A stretch of DNA of 20,000 nt from an uncultured virus (IMG/VR IMGVR_UViG_3300031269_000004) (IMGVR_UViG_3300031269_000004), one strand, 5' to 3'; counted from the first letter of the stretch, positions 1 through 8,087 are shown. Numbers and translations: made by a program. Notes: generated by a model from the letters alone, not told the origin.

Positions 1-2
1 AT

Positions 3-3000
3 GCTAATGCTGAAGAGTTAAAATTGTTTACTCAACACTTACATGCTATTTTACCCACTTGCAAAAGAGTCATCATCATACCTGGGAATCACGATGTTAG
101 ACAAAGAGGTATTGCACTAACGACTAGCACAGAAAAAAGAAACTTAACCGATGCTATTGATCTTGCTGTTACTGCAGTAAAGTCACCTAAAATATCATAT
201 TACCAAAAAACCGGACTCTACGAGGACACTACTTTTGACATTACCTGGGCAGTTTGGTCACAATGGACCAAGCATAGTATGGCTGACGTAAAACCAGCAT
301 ATAGCCCTTGGGTAGACAATGACATTAAGTCAGTAAAAACATCTTCTGTTATTGAATTGTTTCACGATCCAGTTATGGGTTGCAAACACTTTGACGGTCA
401 ACCTAGTAAGCATTTCGAAAATTACAAAATTACGATGGCAGACTTTCAGGCACCAACAGTACTTGCTGGTGATATTCATGCACCTGACATTGTTAGAGAC
501 GGTGACAAGACATTTACATATTGTAGTTCACTAGTACAGCGTAATTTTGGTGAAGGTGACTATTACGATGGTCACAAATTGACAGTAAAGGGTAACTGTC
601 AGCATGGCTACAACATTTTGACTTTTGATACTGACATTAACCGGGTTGTTGATATTGAATTTTTTAGTCTTAATCAGGTTGTTAGTAGGCATACGATATA
701 CCTGTCTGACAAGTTTGATTATGAAACTATGACTGCATTACTAAGTATTGAGGCTACAGAACTAAATAAGATTAGACTGGTTTGCAAATCTGGCCTTAGT
801 GAATTTACTAAAAATGAAGAGGCCCTAGTTCGACACTTTAAGTCTAAGTATACTTGCTCTGTTGAAACAGACTGGGCCAAAGATGTCCTTAGTGTTGAGG
901 TTGATACTACGGAATATGCTGACTTATCACAAATAGTTGATAAGGACAAAATGCTAAAGATTTCAAAAAAGTACATAGACACTATTGTTAAACAGTCAAC
1001 AACAATTGAAACAGAAGATCGTGAAGCATCAGCAGCAATGATATATGAAATGTTTGAAGAACAATTGCTTGCTGCAGACTTGACTAACAAAAAATTAAGC
1101 ATTGACATTATCGGCGGTACTGTTAGTAACTTTATGTCATTTACAAAAGATGTACAAATACGATTTGGTAATGCACCAATTACTAAGATAACGGGGGCCA
1201 ATGGTGTTGGCAAAACAAAACTGTTTGACTTTTTAAAATGGATGACTAAAGATCAAATAAGTAGTAGTCAAAATCTAAGAAACAAACGATATAACTACGC
1301 CCTGTATTTTAATGATCATTCAGAAGCTGACACTGTTAGTGGTGAACTTAAGTTTATTGTTAACGGTAAACCACACAAATTGGTTAAGACGTTAACCCGT
1401 TCTTGGAAAAAAGGCAAAAAAGACATATTTGCTAAAAATTGGATAGACAACCTATCTGGTACGCCAACGATGTCATTAACCCTAACTTCGTCTAACCTTA
1501 CAACTGATAACACACAAGAAGTTGTGGAATACATGGACAGTTTATTTACTTTTCAAGAGTTAGAGCAACTTGTATTCATTAACAGCTTTTCTTTCGATCG
1601 TCTAATTAATATGAAGCCTGAAGACTTGTCTGCTAGATTCTTAAACATTATTGGTCTTGATGCAATGACAGACCTACTGGGTCAAATAGAAGATGTTAAG
1701 GCTGCAAAGCTTGGTCCGTTGGCTAAACCTGCAATGACAGTAAATCAAATTGTCGAACAAATAGCACAGATTGAAACCAAAGCTCAAACTTTAGAGCATG
1801 ATACCAAGGCCAAGCGGTCAGAAGCAGAGGCAATTGAGACAGAGGTAGACGCGAAGACTAAAGACACAAACGGGTTACGTTCTAAACTGCATCAGGTAGA
1901 CAAGACGCACATTATAGACGCACAAATAGAAGTCATTAACGCAAATGTGGCAAGGCGACAGGATACAATTACTGAAAAACAGGCTCGTCTAGACCTCTTA
2001 CTGGCAACCAAAGATTCAATGTCAATTGACAAGTTAAAAGACGGTAGTCATGCCTTAGAACTTAAACTTGTTAACGCTAGGCATAAGGTAGAACAAAGTG
2101 AACAAAGGGCAGAGTCAATAAGGCAAACTATTGATGCTAAAAAGTCTGATGCAGTACTAATAGTTAAAGACGTTACGTTTGAGTTAAATAGTGAAATAGC
2201 AATACAAGAAAAGTCAATTTCAGCAAAGAGAGAATTAATACTAGAACTTAAAGGCAAAAAGTCAGCCCACGTGGCTTCTTGGTTAAATGAAGTACAGCGT
2301 AGCAAAAATGCAGTTGATGAATTACTCAACAAGTCTATTACAGTTGGCTCAGGTCTTAATGATGCACTGTCAGCAATAAAAATTGTAGCCGCAGAAGTCG
2401 CAATGGCAAAAAAGACAATTACTGAAAAGATAGAACGTGCAGAAAAAAAGGTTGCTGACTTAGTAACATCTAAGGTTTGCCTAACCTGTAAGCAAACAAA
2501 ATCAAAAAGTGCACAAGAGGCAATTGACAAACAAATAGTAACAGTAAAGAAGTCAATAGTAGACCAAGAAGCAGAAATGCTATTGCTAGGCGGAAAGGTT
2601 GACACCATAAAGGCAGATTGGTCACAGTGTCAGACAAAGATTGAACTAAACAAAGCCATACAGGCAGAGCATAACAAAGAGTCGATAAAGCTTAAAGCCT
2701 TACTTTTAGGTGAAACAGTACCTAATATTTCAGAATGGCAACAGGCTTTTGCAATGGGTCAGGCAATAACAAAGGAGTTAGCAGACCAAAGTGAACAGCT
2801 AGAGACTCTTACTGCTGAAGTTGTTCACTTTGGTGCAGAACTAGGTGCAAAACTTAAGCAACACGATCGTGTTATTGAAGCAAAGTCACAAATAGTAAAG
2901 GTTACTCAAGAACTTGAAGAGCACAAGGGGTCAGAGGCCTTGCTAAAACAGGCAGTTATAGACATTAAGATTGATATGGCTAAAATTGAAGCCAAGCTTG

Positions 3001-3803
3001 CAGAACTAGCCACAATTGATGACAACATACAGGAACTTAATGATGCGGTTAAGCTTCACTTGGTAGACAATGAAAAAGAAAGGGGTACACAACAACTGCT
3101 TACACAAAGGCTAAGATGGTCAATAGAAAATAAAGAAACACAATTAAAGATAGACACGCAAGACAGGTTGCTAGGTGACATGAAAGAACAGGCAAGGTCA
3201 GTTAATGAAACACTAGCCGCATTCGCGCAAGAAAAGGCATCAGGTATTCAACAGGTTGAAATACTTAACGGCAAAATAGGAGAAGTTAGACAATGGAGAC
3301 TAGTTGAATCAAGTCTTAAATTGTATAAACGACTGCTTGGTAAACATGGCCTGCCTCAGTACATATTTGCACATATTGTTGGTCTAATTAATACTAAGCT
3401 AAACGAAAGCCTTGAAGGCGTAGACTTTAGACTACAATTCGATCAAGACACATTGGAGCTTAAATTTATCGATCTTAAGCAAGATGTTATGAGACCAGTA
3501 CAATTTGTATCAGGTATGCAAACGACAGTCATAGCCCTGGCCTTGATTAATATTATGAGGCAGTTAAACGGTAGCAAACAATTTAATGTCTTAATGATTG
3601 ATGAAATATCTGGTAAGCTAAACGACGGCAAAGACCTTACATACGAGGCAAGAAATTACAAAGAATTGGTTCAGCAATTTATAGCAACTATTAGTAAGGG
3701 CTGCCAGGTTGTCATTGTTGACCACACGCTAACATTTAAGGACTCTAAGGTTATAGAAGTCTTTCCTGACACAGGCGGTTCAAACTTAAAATACAGAAAA
3801 TAA
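3..3803 (+). CDS. Mre11/SbcD nuclease - Rad50/SbcC ATPase fusion (gp47/gp46-like), 5'-truncated by window edge
   Basis: Metallophosphoesterase motifs GNHD, FHD and GDIH, followed by Walker A GANGVGKT, a long coiled coil with zinc hook CLTC, signature-like VSGMQ, Walker B VLMIDE and H-loop VDH. The frame is open upstream of TTG 24 to the window edge (ANAEELKLF), so the true start lies outside the window. Confidence 0.9.
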   Translation, partial: ANAEELKLFTQHLHAILPTCKRVIIIPGNHDVRQRGIALTTSTEKRNLTDAIDLAVTAVKSPKISYYQKTGLYEDTTFDITWAVWSQWTKHSMADVKPAYSPWVDNDIKSVKTSSVIELFHDPVMGCKHFDGQPSKHFENYKITMADFQAPTVLAGDIHAPDIVRDGDKTFTYCSSLVQRNFGEGDYYDGHKLTVKGNCQHGYNILTFDTDINRVVDIEFFSLNQVVSRHTIYLSDKFDYETMTALLSIEATELNKIRLVCKSGLSEFTKNEEALVRHFKSKYTCSVETDWAKDVLSVEVDTTEYADLSQIVDKDKMLKISKKYIDTIVKQSTTIETEDREASAAMIYEMFEEQLLAADLTNKKLSIDIIGGTVSNFMSFTKDVQIRFGNAPITKITGANGVGKTKLFDFLKWMTKDQISSSQNLRNKRYNYALYFNDHSEADTVSGELKFIVNGKPHKLVKTLTRSWKKGKKDIFAKNWIDNLSGTPTMSLTLTSSNLTTDNTQEVVEYMDSLFTFQELEQLVFINSFSFDRLINMKPEDLSARFLNIIGLDAMTDLLGQIEDVKAAKLGPLAKPAMTVNQIVEQIAQIETKAQTLEHDTKAKRSEAEAIETEVDAKTKDTNGLRSKLHQVDKTHIIDAQIEVINANVARRQDTITEKQARLDLLLATKDSMSIDKLKDGSHALELKLVNARHKVEQSEQRAESIRQTIDAKKSDAVLIVKDVTFELNSEIAIQEKSISAKRELILELKGKKSAHVASWLNEVQRSKNAVDELLNKSITVGSGLNDALSAIKIVAAEVAMAKKTITEKIERAEKKVADLVTSKVCLTCKQTKSKSAQEAIDKQIVTVKKSIVDQEAEMLLLGGKVDTIKADWSQCQTKIELNKAIQAEHNKESIKLKALLLGETVPNISEWQQAFAMGQAITKELADQSEQLETLTAEVVHFGAELGAKLKQHDRVIEAKSQIVKVTQELEEHKGSEALLKQAVIDIKIDMAKIEAKLAELATIDDNIQELNDAVKLHLVDNEKERGTQQLLTQRLRWSIENKETQLKIDTQDRLLGDMKEQARSVNETLAAFAQEKASGIQQVEILNGKIGEVRQWRLVESSLKLYKRLLGKHGLPQYIFAHIVGLINTKLNESLEGVDFRLQFDQDTLELKFIDLKQDVMRPVQFVSGMQTTVIALALINIMRQLNGSKQFNVLMIDEISGKLNDGKDLTYEARNYKELVQQFIATISKGCQVVIVDHTLTFKDSKVIEVFPDTGGSNLKYRK

Positions 3804-3813
3804 ATAAAACAAT

Positions 3814-4125
3814 ATGAATTACACGAAAGAGCAACAAGACTTATGGCATAATGGTGATATAGATGAAATTCTAGCCTATTGCGCAAAGAGTAATGGACAC
3901 AAAAAGATTACAATTTCAATCCTATTAGAAGATAGTGATAACAAGGAAAGAGAAGAGACAAGATGTCAACTGCTAACGAGTACAATTAGTGCTAAGCCTC
4001 CTGGTGTGGACCTGACAAGTAGCCTTTTACGGTCAATGTTTGAGCAAATGTTTATTAGGTCGACGGACATTGCTAATCAAGGCCTGACGCCGTTAGAGGT
4101 TAATGCAACACATACCGAGGCATAA
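3814..4125 (+). CDS. Hypothetical protein (103 aa)
   Basis: ATG after an A-rich spacer, 10 nt downstream of the previous stop; no recognised motif. Confidence 0.7.
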   Translation: MNYTKEQQDLWHNGDIDEILAYCAKSNGHKKITISILLEDSDNKEREETRCQLLTSTISAKPPGVDLTSSLLRSMFEQMFIRSTDIANQGLTPLEVNATHTEA

Positions 4126-4192
4126 TGAGCTAGCATAAAAACTTTACGTTATTTCATTCTTGTATACATATAATCTAAACTAAGCATAAAGG

Positions 4193-5245
4193 ATGAAAAG
4201 TATAACTTCATACATTAACGAAAAATTGGCTACACAAGATGTTGATGCTACCCGTTTTCCGAACGGCGGCAAAACTGATCGTGACTTTTTCAGCAAGGGT
4301 CAACGAGATGGTAACAAGGTCGATGACATTGTTAAGACAGTAAAAGTTAAAATATCAGCAAAAGAGCTTCTTGCTTCACAAGATGCTGTTTACTTAGGTA
4401 AATCTTTAAGCATGGCGATTGGTGGTGTTTCTGGTGGTGATCTTGGCAGTATTGTTAGTAAAGAAAATCGTATACTAGACGGTCACCATAGATGGGCTGC
4501 TACGATGTTTAATAATCCTAATGCAATACTAGATGTTAGCAAAGCTAACATGACAATTGGTGATCTTATACCAGTACTTCGTGCAGCTGGTGACAATTAT
4601 GGTAACAAAAGAGGCAACGATCAGGTTTCTGGTGACCTTAACGTATTTAAGGCGACAGTTTCAGATATTGAAGACAGCATTTACAAAGGTAAAGGCATGG
4701 ATGTTGCATTTTACAACCAACAAAAAGCAATTGATTGGTACGAAAGCATTGGTGCCAGTACTATATCAAAAAGACTTTCTATGCTACAAGCTGCAAAGCC
4801 TCCAGTTGGTGCACCGGCCCGAAAGGACATGCCAAAAATAGAACCAGAACAAGTTGATAAAGTTACTAAGTCAATGTCCAATGGTGATATTGATATTAGA
4901 GACCCTTATGTTGCTGAATCAAAAAATAACAAAAAGAAAAAGAAAACTATAAAATCATTAAGCACACATATCACCGAATCATTAGTTAACGAGGCTAGTG
5001 AAATGGTATCAGGTTGGCCTAGATATTACAACAAAAAGTCATCTCAAACGTTTGTATTGACAAAGTTACAAAATGATCGAGCTACGTATATGGCATACTT
5101 TCGTGGTTATGAAACAGATGGCCCTGTAATATTTAACAGTGTACAAGAGCTACATAAATTTGAAGCAGGCACAAACGTCTCAAGACAACAGGCAGAAACA
5201 TATCGATTTAGTAAAGAAATAGCATTACCTGAAGCAATAAAATAA
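4193..5245 (+). CDS. ParB/Srx-like domain protein with N-terminal leader MKSITSYINE, fused in frame to a second leader-bearing cassette from 4949
   Basis: SQD and ILDGHHRWAA are ParB/Srx N-terminal motifs. Internal IKSLSTHITESLVNE at 4949 follows a Lys-rich linker encoded by an A-rich spacer-like sequence. Confidence 0.8.
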   Translation: MKSITSYINEKLATQDVDATRFPNGGKTDRDFFSKGQRDGNKVDDIVKTVKVKISAKELLASQDAVYLGKSLSMAIGGVSGGDLGSIVSKENRILDGHHRWAATMFNNPNAILDVSKANMTIGDLIPVLRAAGDNYGNKRGNDQVSGDLNVFKATVSDIEDSIYKGKGMDVAFYNQQKAIDWYESIGASTISKRLSMLQAAKPPVGAPARKDMPKIEPEQVDKVTKSMSNGDIDIRDPYVAESKNNKKKKKTIKSLSTHITESLVNEASEMVSGWPRYYNKKSSQTFVLTKLQNDRATYMAYFRGYETDGPVIFNSVQELHKFEAGTNVSRQQAETYRFSKEIALPEAIK

Positions 5246-5262
5246 CACACAAAAAAACAACT

Positions 5263-5712
5263 ATGAAATCATTAAGCGCACACATTACAGAATCATTTAG
5301 TTTCAGCAAGGTTACGGCTCCAAACTATGAAAAATGGTTATCAGATAACCCGGCTGGTCTTGACAATAAAAACGACCCTAAATATATGAATGCTGGTCGC
5401 TGGTTATCACACACTTTAGAAATTGTTTGGCGAACTGACGAAATACAGGCTGCTGCAGATTTATATAAATTAGCTATTGTTTCTTTTCCAGAGTTTAAAC
5501 AAATTAGCGCTTCGGATCGTAAGCACTTCGACACAATAGTCGGTTGTATAATGACGCAAGAGACTGATGATTCTGACCTAGCAGGCTACATGAAAGCATT
5601 GCCACAACAAGCAAAGACTTACATTAAAGATCAGCAAGGTTCACCAGTAGGTGATGACAGTATGTTTGACTACGGTTTAGAATGGTTTTGTATGTCCGTA
5701 CTTAACATGTAA
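5263..5712 (+). CDS. Leader-bearing hypothetical protein (MKSLSAHITESF), putative capsid-internal protein
   Basis: Conserved leader followed by a unique body; function is inferred from the leader only. Confidence 0.85.
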   Translation: MKSLSAHITESFSFSKVTAPNYEKWLSDNPAGLDNKNDPKYMNAGRWLSHTLEIVWRTDEIQAAADLYKLAIVSFPEFKQISASDRKHFDTIVGCIMTQETDDSDLAGYMKALPQQAKTYIKDQQGSPVGDDSMFDYGLEWFCMSVLNM

Positions 5713-5730
5713 TAACACACAAAAACAACT

Positions 5731-6087
5731 ATGAAATCATTAAGCACACATATTACAGAATCATTCGGCGGTTTGCTAAACGAAATGAAAGACGATAATT
5801 TTACAGAAGCACAGAACGGTAATCCTACACATAATTTTAAAGTATACAAAGAGATCATACAAGTTTATCCACATATGCAAAGTATTATAGAAGATAGTTT
5901 TAAAGTAGGTAGCCCAGACTATAGTATACATGGTATATGGGATGCAGGTAAGCAAATCGTTTTTTATTTTGATAGATCATGTGGTATTAGTTTTAAAAGA
6001 CTAGGTAATGACTTGGCAAAGCATAACGTAAGTTTTCAATTACCTGGTAACACTGATTATAACTTTAACATATCAATAGATAAATGA
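5731..6087 (+). CDS. Leader-bearing hypothetical protein (MKSLSTHITESFGGLLNE), putative capsid-internal protein
   Basis: Conserved leader followed by a unique body. Confidence 0.85.
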   Translation: MKSLSTHITESFGGLLNEMKDDNFTEAQNGNPTHNFKVYKEIIQVYPHMQSIIEDSFKVGSPDYSIHGIWDAGKQIVFYFDRSCGISFKRLGNDLAKHNVSFQLPGNTDYNFNISIDK

Positions 6088-6104
6088 CACAAATAAAAAC
6101 AACT

Positions 6105-6428
6105 ATGAAATCATTAAGCACACATATTACAGAATCATTTGTCAACGAGTCAAATAGCATGTTTGCTGTTATGTTAACAGGAGGCTCTATAGGCGACAAG
6201 CCAAGACCGTCAAACGCTAGGGAATTTAAGGGCATGCCGGTACCAAAAGATGAACAGCTGTTCAGTAAGGAAGACGCCACGGCGAAAGCAAAAAGAATGA
6301 ATAAATCAATGTCGCCCGGAGAACGTAAGCACTATCGTTTAAAATACGTTGTTGTACCAGTTAACGGCAACCTGTTTGAATCTGATAGCAGTAGGACTGT
6401 TGTTCTAAGTTCTGGTTTTAAGGAATAA
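6105..6428 (+). CDS. Leader-bearing basic hypothetical protein (MKSLSTHITESFVNE), putative capsid-internal protein
   Basis: Start moved from 6084 to the ATG at 6105 because it sits in the conserved aaaaacaact-ATG repeat context. Confidence 0.85.
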   Translation: MKSLSTHITESFVNESNSMFAVMLTGGSIGDKPRPSNAREFKGMPVPKDEQLFSKEDATAKAKRMNKSMSPGERKHYRLKYVVVPVNGNLFESDSSRTVVLSSGFKE

Positions 6429-6446
6429 AAAACAAAATGAAAAAAT

Positions 6447-7046
6447 ATGAAATCATTAAGCACCCACATTACAGAATCATTCGTCAACGAAGCTGTCCAA
6501 GATGTCAAGTCAGCAGCCAAAAGTGGATTTGATTTAGTCATTACTAAAGACTTAAGAGAAGGCACAGACTTTAAAGAAATCTCAGAAGAAGACTTCGACA
6601 GATATGATGAAGTAGTCGTTAGCCCTAATCCATTTGGTGTTGTACCTACTATCATTGAAAAAGGAACAGTAGTTAAAAATGTAAAACCGCAAGGCAATTA
6701 TATAATGGGTGAATTGTTTGCTGTCTCTAGTAGAAATGGTCGAAATAAATTCGTTGGTAATATTACGTTGACGTTAGATTCTATATCGATACTTAAAATA
6801 CCTGAACCAGTTAGAGGTATTAGCGCTTTAGATATTAGCAAGGCCTTGTATGACGCTGTAGTGTATACAAGTTTTATCGTAACAGACGGTGACAACACTA
6901 TTGGATTTGCTCTAGGTCGTGGTTACGATGACGAAATGGCAGATAAGATCATTGCGGCCCTATCTCAGTTTGGGAATAAGTTAAACATACAAATAGGCGC
7001 GAGTGCCGGCGGTGATAAGGGCTCCGAATGTGTCTACTATAGCTAA
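6447..7046 (+). CDS. Leader-bearing hypothetical protein (MKSLSTHITESFVNE), putative capsid-internal protein
   Basis: Conserved leader, 199 aa, unique body with an acidic patch (EISEEDFDRYDE). Confidence 0.85.
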   Translation: MKSLSTHITESFVNEAVQDVKSAAKSGFDLVITKDLREGTDFKEISEEDFDRYDEVVVSPNPFGVVPTIIEKGTVVKNVKPQGNYIMGELFAVSSRNGRNKFVGNITLTLDSISILKIPEPVRGISALDISKALYDAVVYTSFIVTDGDNTIGFALGRGYDDEMADKIIAALSQFGNKLNIQIGASAGGDKGSECVYYS

Positions 7047-7091
7047 ACAAAAAAGAACAAAAAAGAACAAAAAATAACAAAAAAAAAAAAG
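7046..7091 (+). repeat. Intergenic 10-bp tandem repeat (aacaaaaaag) x~4 ending in a 12-A tract
   Basis: aacaaaaaag aacaaaaaag aacaaaaaat aacaaaaaaaaaaaag, read directly from the sequence. Confidence 0.85.
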
Positions 7092-7097
7092 AAAACT

Positions 7098-7502
7098 ATG
7101 AAATCATTAAGCACACACATTACAGAATCGTTTCAAATTGATGAAGCAGGGCAAGAGATTATCAATCTCTATGTCTATACTGAAATGATTAACATTATGC
7201 GTCCAGGTCAAACTAAACCGACAGGACGTAAACCTGTTAGCATTGCTATTGTACCGATCACGTCTAATAACAAACGTAATCTTGCCAGTTTTGTTAAGCA
7301 AGACAAAAAAGGTGGTGCAGAATCCATAATTATTAAAGATTTGGACAAGGCAGGACAAGAATTAGCAGACTTTGCTAAACGATTCCCTAATCTCAAAATT
7401 GATCCACGAGATACTTTGCAACTAGATAATACTACGCTATATAGCATCGACGATAATGTCATACAAGACATAAAGTCAACTATTGATAAAGTCAACTATT
7501 GA
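7098..7502 (+). CDS. Leader-bearing hypothetical protein (MKSLSTHITESFQIDE), putative capsid-internal protein
   Basis: Conserved leader; the stop codon is produced inside a 16-bp tandem duplication. Confidence 0.85.
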   Translation: MKSLSTHITESFQIDEAGQEIINLYVYTEMINIMRPGQTKPTGRKPVSIAIVPITSNNKRNLASFVKQDKKGGAESIIIKDLDKAGQELADFAKRFPNLKIDPRDTLQLDNTTLYSIDDNVIQDIKSTIDKVNY

Positions 7503-7506
7503 TAAA
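7470..7506 (+). repeat. Perfect 16-bp tandem duplication ATAAAGTCAACTATTG x2 (+ATAAA)
   Basis: 7470-7485 and 7486-7501 are identical. Confidence 0.95.
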
Positions 7507-7533
7507 CACACGAAATTACTAGGCAAAACAACT

Positions 7534-8010
7534 ATGAAATCATTAAGTAAACACCTTACAGAGACCTTGGCGACAACCGTTAACGAGTCTGACATTCTTG
7601 GCAATCGTTTTACAATAATGCCACATGAATGGCGTACATTTGTTAAAATAGCCAAGGCAACAAACAGGTCTTTGAGAACAGTTACCGACAGTGGCCTTGA
7701 TATTTTATTAAGTATTAAGACAAAACAGGCGGTTGCAAAATGGGACGAAGAGACACTTGAACTGTGGACTGATATGTCAAAGTCTGACTTTCAGGCAATA
7801 ATATCAGGCAGGGCTAAACAGTCAGGGCGTTGGTTGCAAGACCCGGTAACAGAAGCGGTAACAGAAGGCATAGGTCAAGGTGACACAGTGACTGTAAAGA
7901 TGGGTAAATGGTCAGGCCAAAGTGGCACAGTTACACTAATATTAAAAGACAGTTACATGCTTGATTTACAAGATGGCAATAGTGTAGAAGTCAAAAATTC
8001 AGAAATTTAA
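7534..8010 (+). CDS. Leader-bearing protein (MKSLSKHLTE) with C-terminal KOW-like domain
   Basis: Start moved to the ATG at 7534 (aaaacaact-ATG context). C-terminal GDTVTVKMGKWSGQSGTV fits the KOW motif, preceded by a 12-bp duplication encoding VTEAVTEG. Confidence 0.8.
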   Translation: MKSLSKHLTETLATTVNESDILGNRFTIMPHEWRTFVKIAKATNRSLRTVTDSGLDILLSIKTKQAVAKWDEETLELWTDMSKSDFQAIISGRAKQSGRWLQDPVTEAVTEGIGQGDTVTVKMGKWSGQSGTVTLILKDSYMLDLQDGNSVEVKNSEI

Positions 8011-8019
8011 GCAAATGCT

Positions 8020-8057
8020 GCAACGGTGCATATATTTTATGCATCGTTGTTTAATTT
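8020..8057 (+). terminator. Probable intrinsic terminator closing the leader-gene array
   Basis: Hairpin CAACGGTGCATA-tattt-TATGCATCGTTG (one G-U pair) followed by a T-rich tail, about 10 nt after the last array gene. Confidence 0.65.
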
Positions 8058-8087
8058 AATTATACAACTAAAAAAATTACACAATTT

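Larger units (their letters stand above)
4942..7563 (+). repeat. Dispersed direct repeat (A-rich spacer + aact + ATGAAATCATTAAGCACACAYATTACAGAATCATT) heading each gene of the array
   Basis: Start-codon positions 4949 (ATA), 5263, 5731, 6105, 6447, 7098 and 7534. ATGAAATCATTAAGC is identical in 5 copies. More divergent copies encoding the same peptide pattern occur at 4193, 11269 and 11889. Confidence 0.95.

Noticed and set aside
4161..4175. TATACATA upstream of the array as a T4-type late promoter (TATAAATA)
   Set aside because: One mismatch and a single occurrence in AT-rich DNA; not supportable.
4942..7563. Regularly recurring ~35-bp repeat considered as a CRISPR array or integron attC array
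   Set aside because: The intervals are 314-651 bp and are full ORFs. The repeat is coding and non-palindromic, it lacks attC RYYYAAC/GTTRRRY structure, and no cas or integrase gene is present in the window.
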